A DNA stretch of 64,000 nt from Macrostomum hystrix. Lineage: Eukaryota; Animalia; Platyhelminthes. Under the pieces are notes generated by a model. The model was not told the DNA's origin. It saw only the letters and a program-made list of their open reading frames with translations, and did no database searches. Both the position numbers and the translations under genes were made by a program. Numbering within the stretch: position 1 is the stretch's first letter; each line of letters opens with the position of its first letter. The stretch lies in contig CATNEN010000001.1 of NCBI GenBank assembly GCA_950097015.1, positions 23,808,001 through 23,872,000 of the forward strand. Direction: 5' to 3'. Shown piece after piece: positions 13,356 through 24,714 of the stretch.

Positions 13356-14036
13356 TAACCTCAATGACCAGTTAATAAATTAAATGAATGGATTATGAAA
13401 TTTTATAGCTAAAATAGTACATCTACTCAAGGTTCAGAATAAATTAAACCCGGGAAATACAAAATGACTAACACTGTTAAATATCCTCAATGTTTAGAAA
13501 TGTTCCTTTAGGGTAGCTAGACTCAAACGAATTGGCATGCCCTCCCAGAGTCTACCGAGTAGCAGGGATTCGCAAATCAGAAGCATGCTCACGGCGCCTG
13601 CCGTTCTCATCTAGGCAAAATCTGCCCGCAGCCATTCTCCCATGAGGACAGGGGGGTTGAGCAAGTGCTCACAGCCGGGTTGGGCGGACCAGAATCCTCA
13701 TCAGCTCCGGATCCCTTCAAAATCTGAAGCCCGAAAGTGCAGCCCGAAGCTTCCCCACTTAGAACGGGCTTGTCATGCTCGAAAGAAGCAGGAAAGGGGC
13801 GCCTGTACTCAGACTGCTCAGCAGATAAAAATTGATCTATATCTATGTTAGATTTTGTCAAAATCCTTCCGGTTGGGATGTCAGATTCGAAAAAATGCTG
13901 TGCCCCACTGATTTAGTCGCGACCTGGCAACTAAAATTCGCATTGAAAGCGAATTTGCTTTGCTCAGCTTAATTCAGACTTCAGGATACAACCTGATTTC
14001 TCTGAGTATAGATGGGTACAGAGAGAAGATAAACTA

Positions 14037-14185
14037 CGCATTTAAAGGCTGTGTAACGCTGTTCCGTCCATGAACTGGGGGACGTCTCACCCAATAGCTA
14101 AAGGACACAAATTGTTTCAGTAAAGTCGGGAATCGAACCATCGACCTTAAAGTTGTGAGTCAGACGCTCTTAATACTAGACTAGC
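14037..14185 (-). mobile_element. SINE family B, internally deleted copy
   Basis: Reverse complement contains GGTTCGATTCCCGAC B-box, TTTGTGTCCTTTAGC and CCCCCAGTTCATGGAC body motifs. Confidence 0.65.
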
Positions 14186-14569
14186 TCTAAGCTAATCTTT
14201 TTCAAGGACACTTATTATTTAAAAAATTGCAAAAACGAATACTAATTAACAAAACTGAATTTTGTTCAACCAAAAATTCTTTTTTTCAGCTATTCTCAGA
14301 TGTATAATGTTCGCCTGTAGAAACATCGCATAGGAAATTCTACATAATAACATTGGTGAGCAATGCTGAATAACAGAGAAATGGCAGCAAAGTAAACAAG
14401 CAATTCACAGGTGTAACATGTCAATCAATTTAATATGCAGATTATAAAACTCAATCGAATACTGATAGCTTGCAACAGGTGATAGCGAATGGTTTCTATA
14501 GAAAAGCAAGCAAACAGGGATCAAAGGAACAGGCAGGTCGAGTACAAATTTGATTGGCTCGTTGGGCAA

Positions 14570-15120
14570 GCTGTTTCTATTTTTAGAAACGTATCCGTGG
14601 AATCCCCAGGCCAGTTTTTAAGCCACCCAATCAAACCCAAAACACACAAGAGGGTGTGGGGTGAGCTGTTTCTATTTTTAGAAACGTATCCGTGGAATCC
14701 CCAGGCCAGTTTTTAAGCCACCCAATCAAACCCAAAACACACAAGAGGGTGTGGGGTGAGCTGTTTCTATTTTTAGAAACGTATCCGTGGAATCCCCAGG
14801 CCAGTTTTTAAGCCACCCAATCAAACCCAAAACACACAAGAGGGTGTGGGGTGAGCTGTTTCTATTTTTAGAAACGTATCCGTGGAATCCCCAGGCCAGT
14901 TTTTAAGCCACCCAATCAAACCCAAAACACACAAGAGGATGTGGGGTGAGCTGTTTCTATTTTTAGAAACGTATCCGTGGAATCCCCAGGCCAGTTTTTA
15001 AGCCACCCAATCAAACCCAAAACACACAAGAGGGTGTGGGGTGAGCTGTTTCTATTTTTAGAAACATCCGGGAATTCACAGGCCAGTTTTTTAAACCAGC
15101 CAATCAAACCCAGAGCACAC
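14570..15120. repeat. 95-bp tandem repeat, about 5.7 copies
   Basis: Units start 14570, 14665, 14760, 14855, 14950, 15045; each has palindrome GTTTCTA-TTTT-TAGAAAC and a CCAAT. Confidence 0.95.
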
Positions 15121-15777
15121 CAGCGGGGAAAGACAGTACAGTGACTAAAGAATGGTCCAATCCAAAAATAAACAAGTTAAAAGATAACTAAATAACACAA
15201 CTGAACATTTTTGCGTTGAGAAAGCAGTCCGAAAAGCTAGTAGCAAAGCCGAGTTTAAATAGTCTCAAGAACTACTAACAGCAATGTCAGTCGAATGTTG
15301 AAGACGAATTTCCAATTAAATTTAAAAACAGATCATCAAGAGACGGCATTAAGCAGAGTGAATTTCGTGGTTTACGGAATGAGTTAATTATAAGCTAAAT
15401 ATATACTAATAAGTACATTTTTGTGAAGTAAATACGCACTTAAAATTGTTTACTCACTAAAGCGAATGTTTTCTATTAAACTAGCAACACTACTACTAGT
15501 AGAGAAATGGATGCATGCTGATTTGCAAAAACTGGCACTGAAAAAAACTGGCCCATAGCAACAAAAATAAAAACAAAGGAAAAACTATTTCGTACTGAAA
15601 TAACATGAAACTGGGAATCATATGATGAGAAGCTCTGAGAGCATATTTAATTTCTAAATGTTTTTATTTATTTGTACGAACTTTTTTAGATTGGGAAAAT
15701 ATTATCGTAAATACAGGAATATTAACTTAATTACTGGAAATTCTTGCTCAGTTTTTTAATTCCCATCGAAAATTTCG

Positions 15778-16752
15778 AAAAATCCCATCTTAGGTTTTAG
15801 AAATCCCATCTCAGGTTTTAGAAACCCATCTCAGGTTTTAGAAACCCCATCACAGGTTTTAGAAACCCCATCTCAGGTTTTAGAAACCCCATCTCAGGTT
15901 TTAGAAATCCCATCTCAGGTTTTAGAAATCCCATCTCAGGTTTAAAAAATCTCATTTCAGGTTTTAGAAATCCCATCTCAGGTTTTAGAAATCCCATCTC
16001 AGGTTTTAGAAATCCCATTTTAGGTTTTAGAAATCCCATCTCAGGTTTTAGAAATCCCATCTCAGGTTTTAGAAACCCATCTCAGGTTTTAGAAACCCCA
16101 TCACAGGTTTTAGAAACCCCATCTCAGGTTTTAGAAACCCCATCTCACGTTTTAGAAATCCCATCTCAGGTTTTAGAAATCCCATCTCAGGTTTAAAAAA
16201 TCACATTTCAGGTTTTAGAAATCCCATCTCAGGTTTTAGAAATCCCATCTCAGGTTTTAGAAATCCCATTTTAGGTTTTAGAAATCCCATCTCAGGTTTT
16301 AGAAATCCCATCTCAGGTTTTAGAAATCCCATTTTAGGTTTTAGAAATCCCATCTCAGGTTTTAGAAATCCCATCTCAGGTTTTAGAAATCCCATCTCAG
16401 GTTTTAGAAATCCCATCTCAGGTTTTAGAAATCCATCTCAGGTTTTAGAAACCCCATCTCAGGTTTTAGAAACCCCATCTAAGGTTTTAGAAACCCCATC
16501 TCAGGTTTTAGAAATCCCATCTCAGGTTTTAGAAACCCCATCTCAGGTTTTAGAAATCCCATCTCAGGTTTTAGAAACCCATCTCAGGTTTTAGAAACCC
16601 CATCTCAGGTTTTAGAAATCCCATCTCAGGTTTTAGAAATCCCATTTTAGGTTTTAGAAATCCCATCTCAGGTTTTAGAAATCCCATCTCAGGTTTTAGA
16701 AATCCCATCTCGGTTTTTAGAAATCCCATTTCAGGTTTTAGAAATCCCATTT
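15778..16752. repeat. 21-bp minisatellite (CTCAGGTTTTAGAAATCCCAT)n, about 46 copies, in the MINDY3 3' UTR
   Basis: Begins immediately after the MINDY3 stop; minus-strand AATAAA at about 15663-15668 lies beyond it. Confidence 0.95.
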
Positions 16753-19700
16753 CTAATTAATACTGGGCAGTTTATCGCCATCCCATCGCACGCTCAGCGT
16801 TGGCCACTTGGTGTGCAGCACGCGCAGCAGGTCGCAATGACCGCTGCCGCCGGCGCCTTCAGACACGTCCTGACTAACGGTGGCCTCGCCGTGAGCATAG
16901 GCCACCCTGGCGTTGGCCCCCCTAGCCAGGTTGTTGAGATGGAACAGCTGAAATCTGTCTGGATAATCGCGGCCGGCATTGGGGAAGAAGAACCGAATGA
17001 AACTGTCACGCAGAATGATCTGCAGATTCTCCGGGTCGAGGCGGGATTTCAAATCCGCTAAAGACTGGCAGCTCTCAGGCAGGCCCAGCTGGGACAGCTT
17101 CATCAGCTCCTCCAGCTGGTCCGACTGGACGAAGCCGGCGCTGTGCGAGTCCATGCGATGGAAGGCCCGCTCCACCTGCACAGGTGAGAATGGGATGTGT
17201 GTCACGTATTGCTGGTTGCTAGGATTATTTTGGGAGTTCAAATTTGGTTGTTTTGGTTATTTTGGGAGTTTTGGGAGTTTGAGAATGGGATATATGGGAA
17301 TACGGGATATATGGGGATTCCAGAGGAATGGGATATATGGGAATTCCAGAGGAATGGGATATATGGGAATTCCAGAGGAATGGGATATATGGGAATTCCA
17401 GGGGACTGGGATTTATGGTAATTCCAGAGGAATGGGATATATGGGAATTCCAGAGGACTGGGATATATGGGAATTCCAGAGGACTGGGATATATGGGAAT
17501 TCCAGAGGACTGGGATATATGGGAATTCCAGAGGATTGGGATATATGGGAATTCCAGAGGATTGGGATATATGGGAATTCCAGAGGATTGGGATATATAG
17601 GGAATTCCAGAGGACTGGGATAAATGGGAATTCCAGAGGATTGGGATATATGGGAATTCCAGAGGATTGGGATATATAGGGAATTCCAGAGGACTGGGAT
17701 ATATGGGGAATTCCAGAGGATTGGGATACATGGTAATTCCAGAGGATTGTGATATATGGGAATTCCAGAGAATTGGGATATATGGGAATTCAAGAGGATT
17801 GGGATATATGGGAATTCCAGAGGACTGGGATATATGGGAATTCCAGAGGATTGGGATATATAGGGAATTCCAGAGGACTGGGATATATGGGAGTTCCAGA
17901 GGATTGGGATATATGGGAATTCCAGAGGATTGGGATATATAGGGAATTCCAGAGGACTGGGATATATGGGGAATTCCAGAGGATTGGGATATATGGGAAT
18001 TCCAGAGGATTGTGATATATAGGGAATTCCAGAGGAATGGGATATATGGGAATTCCAGTGGATTGGGATATATGGGAATTCCAGAGGAATGGGATATATG
18101 GGAATTCCAGTGGATTGGGATATATGGAAATTCCAGAGGATTGGGATATATAGGGAATTCAAGAGGACTGGGATATATGGGAATTCCAGAGGATTGTGAT
18201 ATATGGGAATTCAAGAGGATTGGGATATATGGGACTTCCAGAGGAATGGGATATATGGTAATTCCAGAGGATTGTGATATATGGGAATTCCAGAGGATTG
18301 GGATATATGGGAATTCAAGAGGATTGGGATATATGGGAATTCCAGAGGACTGGGATATATGGGAATTCAAGAGGATTGGGATATATGGGAATTCCAGAGG
18401 ATTGGGATATATAGGGAATTCCAGAGGAATGGGATATATGGGAATTCCAGTGGATTGGGATATATGGGAATTCAAGAGGATTGGGATATATGGGAATTCA
18501 AGAGGATTGTGATATATAGGGAATTCAAGAGGACTGGGATATATGGGAATTCCAGAGGATTGGGATATATGGGAATTCCAGAGGATTGGGATATATAGGG
18601 AATTCCAGAGGAATGGGATATATGGGAATTCCAGTGGATTGGGATATATGGGAATTCCAGAGGATTGGGATATATAGGGAATTCCAGAGGACTGGGATAT
18701 ATGGGAATTCCAGAGGATTGGGATATATTGGAATTCCAGAGGATTGGGATATATTGGAATTCTAGAGGATTTAGGAATTTCAGGCTATGTGGATGGGGAT
18801 ATTTGGGGATTTTCGAAGGATCTGTTGTTCTGGAGATAGGGAATCGGAGATTGGAAGAGGCTCACGTGAATTCTCAGAAAATGGGATTGGAATCCTTGGT
18901 AACATAGAAACTAACTAAAATTAAAATTTCTGTTTTCTATTTTCTCACCTCCTGGCACTTCTCGTCGCCTTGAATCAGAGCCTGCTCATTTGAGCACAGC
19001 ACGGTCAGGTGAGTCTCGCTGCCAATGATCCAAACCGGATAGCGCGGATTCTTGAGGTGCCAGCCGACCTCGCAGTAGCGCAGAGCCTCCAGCAGGGTGA
19101 GGAAACCGATGCTGGGCTGGGCAGCGATGCCCTCCATCACTGTTAAACCGACAAGAAGCATGGACATACTGATGTGCATGCTGCACTACTGCCCACTCCA
19201 AAGAGTAGTATGATAAGAAAGTATCTAAATTGATAAAATAATGACGTCATAACTACTTGGTTAAGAGACTTTTAAATATTTTGCGAACACAGAATACAAT
19301 GAGACTTTTGGGAGGGGTTTGAGTGGTGAGAGAAGCGTTTGAGTCATGAGAGAAGCGTTTGAGTCATGAGAGAAGCGTTTGAGTCGTGAGAGAAGCGTTT
19401 GAGTCGTGAGAGAAGCGTTTGAGTCATGAGAGAAGCGTTTGAGTCATGAGAGAAGCGTTTGAGTCATAAGAGAAGCGTTTGAGTCATAAGAGAAGCGTTT
19501 GAGTCATAAGAGAAGCGTTTGAGTCATGAGAGAAGCGTTTGAGTCATAAGAGAAGTGTTTGAGTCATAAGAGAAGCGTTTGAGTCATGAGAGAAGCGTTT
19601 GAGTCATGAGAGAAGCGTTTGAGTCATGAGAGAAGCGTTTGAGTCATGAGAGAAGCGTTTGAGTCATGAGAGAAGCGTTTGAGTCATAAGAGAAGCGTTT

Positions 19701-21203
19701 GAGTCATAAGAGAAGCGTTTGAGTCATGAGAGAAGCGTTTGAGTCACGAGAGAAGCGTTTGAGTCATGAGAGAAGCGTTTGAGTTATGAGAGAAGCGTTT
19801 GAGTCATGAGAGAAGCGTTTGAGTCATGAGAGAAGCGTTTGAGTCATGAGAGAAGTGTTTGAGTCATGAGAGAAGCGTTTGAGTCATGAGAGAAGTGTTT
19901 GAGTCATGAGAGAAGCGTTTGAGTCATGAGAGAAGCGTTTGAGTCATGAGAGAAGCGTTTGAGTCATGAGAGAAGTGTTTGAGTCATGAGAGAAGCGTTT
20001 GAGTCATGAGAGAAGTGTTTGAGTCACGAGAGAAGCTTTGAACAGCAAGCAAGGCTTTGTAACGATCTGTGACACTTATAGGCACTGAGCCTCCACACTA
20101 CTAGCTTTAAATCAGTAGGAAGATAAGAATCAGAATCCTCGCACTTGAACTCACCTAGCCCGTCAACATTCCGCATTCCGTCAAAGAATTGCGGCGTAGC
20201 CACACCGGCTATGAGCAGATTTAGGAGGGCCTGACTGCCGTTGCCACTCAGCGGGTCAACCAGACATTCGCCGTCATCCGCTACCTGCTGACGAACCCGA
20301 GCAACGCCCAGAGTGAGCACAGCTGAGTACACCAGGGATAGCAGGCCTAGGCGGCATTGCAGGGCAGGCAGAATCGACATCACCAGAGGCTCCAGCAGGT
20401 CGGTCTTAAATGAACAGATTTTGCGGCAAGCGAATAAAAACTAGGATCTTAATCCCAGTAATTTCAACAAATCAAATACTCACCTGAACAGGTGGAGTCA
20501 GTTCGGACACCTGCATGGCCTGCCGGATGTCTTCAAGGCTTGGAACAGGCGAGATTTCACCAGTGCTGACGTCGGACAAGTCGTCGTTTGGAAACACCAG
20601 CACGCAGCCGCCGCCGGCGCTGTCGGCCAGCTGTTGAAGAACTGCGGCAATGGCTTGGACCAGCAAGAAGGCCGCCTCGCCCTGAGTTGGGATTCGGAGT
20701 CTGTTCAGGCTTGGCTACTGGGAACTGACTGGGACAGAGATTGGGGAACAAATAGGAGGAGAGAATGGGGAGCAAAATTGAGACAATCAGGAAGAAAATG
20801 GAAAATGGGGAGAGAAAAGGGGAAGAGAATGGCGGCGAAAAGGAGACTGAGGAAGAAATTGGAGGGTATGAACACAAACTAGGAATATACGAAAAGTTTA
20901 GAGCTGACGAAACTTAAAAGGCCTAGAAACAGTAGTAGAACATATGGCCACTCTTACCTTATACTCGCTGGGTCGCTCGCAGCCATGCTGGAACATGGCC
21001 AATCGAACCATGTGAGCCTGCACAGCTGTGACAACAGCGCACGGGCCACCCTGCAGTTGCAGCAGAGCGGTCGCTTCATCTTTGCTAAACAGGAAGCCCT
21101 GCAGCCAGCGTGCCAGGGTGTCTGGCGACGGCTCAGATGGGCCCCAGACAAGGCGGTTGCAGGCTAACCATTTCTCTGGATCTGGTGCTGCAGTGGCTGA
21201 CAT
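16753..21203 (-). CDS. MINDY3: Ubiquitin carboxyl-terminal hydrolase MINDY-3 (FAM188A/CARP), about 435 aa; exons 21203-20958, 20681-20484, 20404-20155, 19139-18949, 17175-16753
   Basis: RWLQGFLFS, catalytic QLQGGPCAVV, GSQALLNLLIAGVA, IGFLTLLEALRYCEVG..LKNPRYPVWIIGSETHLTV (catalytic His), EF-hand region, VLHTKWP C-terminus; all GT-AG junctions phase-consistent. Confidence 0.93.
17283..18780. repeat. ~26-bp minisatellite (GGGATATATGGGAATTCCAGAGGATT)n in MINDY3 intron 4
   Basis: Read directly; 26/28-bp variants. Confidence 0.96.
19317..20040. repeat. 20-bp minisatellite (GAGTCATGAGAGAAGCGTTT)n, about 36 copies, in MINDY3 intron 3
   Basis: Read directly. Confidence 0.97.
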
Positions 21204-21469
21204 CCAGGACTATGGGACAAGGAAACTCGAACTATTAGCTAAGGAAAGTTTATTAACTGGAGATGCTAACTAATTGCAGTCCAGTTGGATCTGCAAAATA
21301 TGTTTGTTCTTCAGTTATTGTTCAAACAAAATATAAACTGAACAATTATAAACATCAAACCTGAGATTATCTAGCTACTGCACAGTTCAACAATCATATT
21401 TAACTATGATTATAATAAAATGTATAGCATATTTTCACAAGTAAATGAATTTCAATCAATAAAATAAAT

Positions 21470-21720
21470 AATACCTGCCCTAACTACCTAAGGCATCAGC
21501 CAAGAAAACTATAGCCACAGCTATTGCCCAGCATATCTGAAGACTGCATGTACAACTGTTCAGTCCATGGACTTAGGACACCACACTCAATCTTAATTAT
21601 CTTAGTTGATGCTAGTACCAATTTAATAACTATTTGAACATAAGCAATACAGCTCAGTAGAGAGAAATGCTAAAGGACACTTTGTTCTAGTCATTAGTCA
21701 AGTCAAGAATCTAACCTAAA
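21470..21720 (-). mobile_element. SINE family B, old diverged copy
   Basis: Reverse complement matches family B body (GTGTCCTTTAGC, GTCCATGGACTGAACAG, GTCTTCAGAT, GGGCAGGT). Confidence 0.6.
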
Positions 21721-22299
21721 AGAAATATTTAAATTACTAAATATTCAATCAATTATAACTTAGAGTGGGAAACCAGATTATTGGATAGTGCCAAGATGTG
21801 ACAAAACAAGTTTTACTTTCCATCAAAGATAAAATTTATTAGTAAAAATGAATGTCCTAGTTTCAAATCATAAATAAGATTAGTTCTTAGTGCTTTGTAA
21901 TACTATTGTTGTAATAATCTTTTTTAATAGTCGCTTGCGCGATATTAGCTTTTGTTAAAGCATAAAGCACAAAGCACTAAATTAAATCTTTAAAATTACT
22001 CAATCCGTCAACCCATTTGGGAATTCAAGCAATCAATGAAACTTCACTTTAACTCTCTAGTTTAAATCTCCATCTTAATTTCATATCACTAAGGACAGCT
22101 TGGAGTCTTGGACTATGAATACTATTATACTTACTTCAGTGGTAGTCTTCATTACTTAAAAACATTTATATGATAATGGCATGCATACAATTGACTACAT
22201 CTGCCTGCACAATGCCTATGCAACAACTGCCTGCACAATGACTGCAGTGAAAACTGCCTTTAGCATGACTGCTGTCAATGAGGGTTGTCAACCAAACAA

Positions 22300-22930
22300 C
22301 AAGAGGTTGTTGCCTAGTGGTTAGGGTGTTGGACTCACAACTTGAAGGTCGGGGGTTTGATTCCCAACTCCACTGAAACAATTTGTGTCCTTTAGCAAGA
22401 CAATTTACTCTGCAGCACTTCAGTTCACCCAGCTGTTACTTTGATAATTTAACTTACCAGCATTATGGGAAGGGATGGGAAGGGATGGGAAGGGATGGTA
22501 AGGGGATGGTAAAGGGTGGGAAAGGGATGGGAAGCAGATGGTAAGGGATGGTAAGGGGTGGAAAGGGGATGGGAAGCGGATGGGAAGGGGATGGGAAGGG
22601 ATGGGAAGGGGATGGGAAGGGATGTTAAGGGGTGGGAAGGGGATGGGAAGGGGATGGGAAAGGATGGGAAGCGGATGGTAAGGGATGGTAAGGGGTGGGA
22701 AGGGGATGGGAAGCAGATGGTAAGGGATGGTAAGGGGTGGGAAGGGGATGGGAAGGGGATGGGAAGGGATGGTACCAGCATTAGCTGGGATAATTGAAGG
22801 AGGGTATGGCGTCCCCCCAATCCATGGACTGAACAGCTGTACGCAGTCTTCAGATGCGCCACGTAATAGCTGCAGCTATGCTGTTGGCTGCACATCTGTC
22901 CTGATTGGGGCAGGTGAAATCAATTAATTA
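22300..22930 (+). mobile_element. SINE family B copy interrupted by a G-rich array
   Basis: Head GCCTAGTGGTTAGG..GGTTTGATTCCC and CORE-like part at 22300-22440; body resumes at 22771 (GGTACCAGCATTAGCTGGG..CTTCAGATGCGCC..GGCAGGTG). Confidence 0.75.
22466..22772. repeat. G-rich 10-11 bp array (GGGAAGGGAT/GGTAAGGGAT)n
   Basis: Read directly. Confidence 0.93.
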
Positions 22931-23249
22931 TTGTTTTTATTATTGTCAGCATGAGAACAGACAGCAGTGACAAGACAACTGCCTGCTGTTCTTTGTTATA
23001 ACTAATATACACTTTTATTACTAAGAACACCACAGTTACTATTTAACTATAAAAGATAATGACAAACAAACAAATAAGCATAACAAGCTTTAGTCTAAGC
23101 ATATTATATGGTTTGAGTATAAATATAAGGATTTGCAGTCCACATGACATGATCTTTGTATGTGCACTTCAGAATCATACAGTAAATATATTACAATAAC
23201 ATAAATTATCAAACTAGTACAGCTTGTATTACATTTACTTAACGCGTAA

Positions 23250-23305
23250 AGGAGGGGTCCGCAACCTCTGGCCTGCGGGCCACTTGTCGCCCTTGAAGTT
23301 CGTGA
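23250..23305 (+). mobile_element. Possible hAT/Charlie-type MITE terminus fragment
   Basis: AGGGGTCCGCAACCTCTGGCCTGCGGGCCAC..GCCC resembles recalled CAGGGGTCGGCAACC..GGCCCGCGGGCC hAT ends; no partner end identified. Confidence 0.35.
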
Positions 23306-24714
23306 ATCCGACCCCTGACCCAGCACAAATACTTGCTACGTTTATTTGTTTATTGTAAATAAACTGTAATAACTATACTAATACTAATTACTATACAATG
23401 GTAATAAAGGTTTTGATTTGTAATAACAAAGCAAAGTAGTCAGTTGACGCGCAGGCCGTTGTCGCAGCAGACAATTGTCGCGTGCTAGCCTACCCTTAAA
23501 AATCCTAAAATGTTTCGAAGAAAACTATTTTTTTAGATTTTTTACTTTCTTGATTTAAGAACTTATAGATTAAAACAAAAAAGCTGCAAATACGCTTTAA
23601 ATAAACGTAAAACCAAAGCCAAAAAATCTTTACTTTGATATTTTAACTAGTTACAATGTCTATGGTCGAATGTGGCAATGTGGCTAGATGTGGTTTATTG
23701 AATCAAAATTAGATTTTTTAATTTTAGCAACCCAAAATTATTCCAACTGCCATATATAGAATAGTCATTGCAATTATATATTTTAAAATGTGTTCATTTT
23801 GTTTATTAAGGAATCTAAATATCATGGTTACGCCATTTTTACAGAAAGTTAGTATACGGCCGCAGTTCAACCAAAGGCTGTGTGCATCTCCTCAGTCCTG
23901 GACTAAAGCCGCTAATTTGCAACATCAATTCGAAATAAACTCACTCCCCTCCGAAGAAAACTGGTAACCTTGGGTAGCTGCATGGTTGCTAGGTTTTTTG
24001 AAGCCGTTTGGAAGTTGTAGCTCGATGGCGGCTTTCTAAAGGACACAAATAGTTTTGCCAGGGTGCGTATTGTTTATATTTTAAGAGTCCAACTTCAAAC
24101 CTCCGCGGGCAGCAACTTTTCTAAACATAAAAGTACTTAAAAGTTCATGTAATAATCAGGTTTCAAAATCGCACGAAAGAAAGAATTTCGCATTCAACAA
24201 AGTTATTCATTGTGCTGGTGCCACCGGAAGCTGCAGCTTAAAGTCAATTGGCACAGGCTCTTCTCAGTTGTTTTGCTTGAATCAGGCAGTGGTACTTTAT
24301 TTCAGTTTTAAATTGCTGAATCGAAAGGTTAATTCGTTTGGTTTGAATCAGCACGCAAAAATTCGCACTAGTGTAGTGGAAAATTAAACGAAGCAAATTA
24401 GTTTCGTTACAGAAGTTTAATCAGCTATTGGGCTGAAGCAAATCAACATATGCTCGGGTGCTAATCGTGTCAAATAGCAAAATAATGTTCAGAAAATGAT
24501 AAGTACAAATTAAACCGTACAAAAGCCTCGATTCAGTTAGTCTCACGATGTTGCATAACAATGCCTATGAATATTCTAACGAAATTTCGAGAATCTAGTA
24601 CAGTGCATGATCCAGCTTCACAGAAAATCTATTGGATATGAGATAACATTGATTTATAAGCATGATGTTCCAATTTCGAAAAGTTCCACGCTTGACCTCA
24701 GTGGCCAAAAGTGC

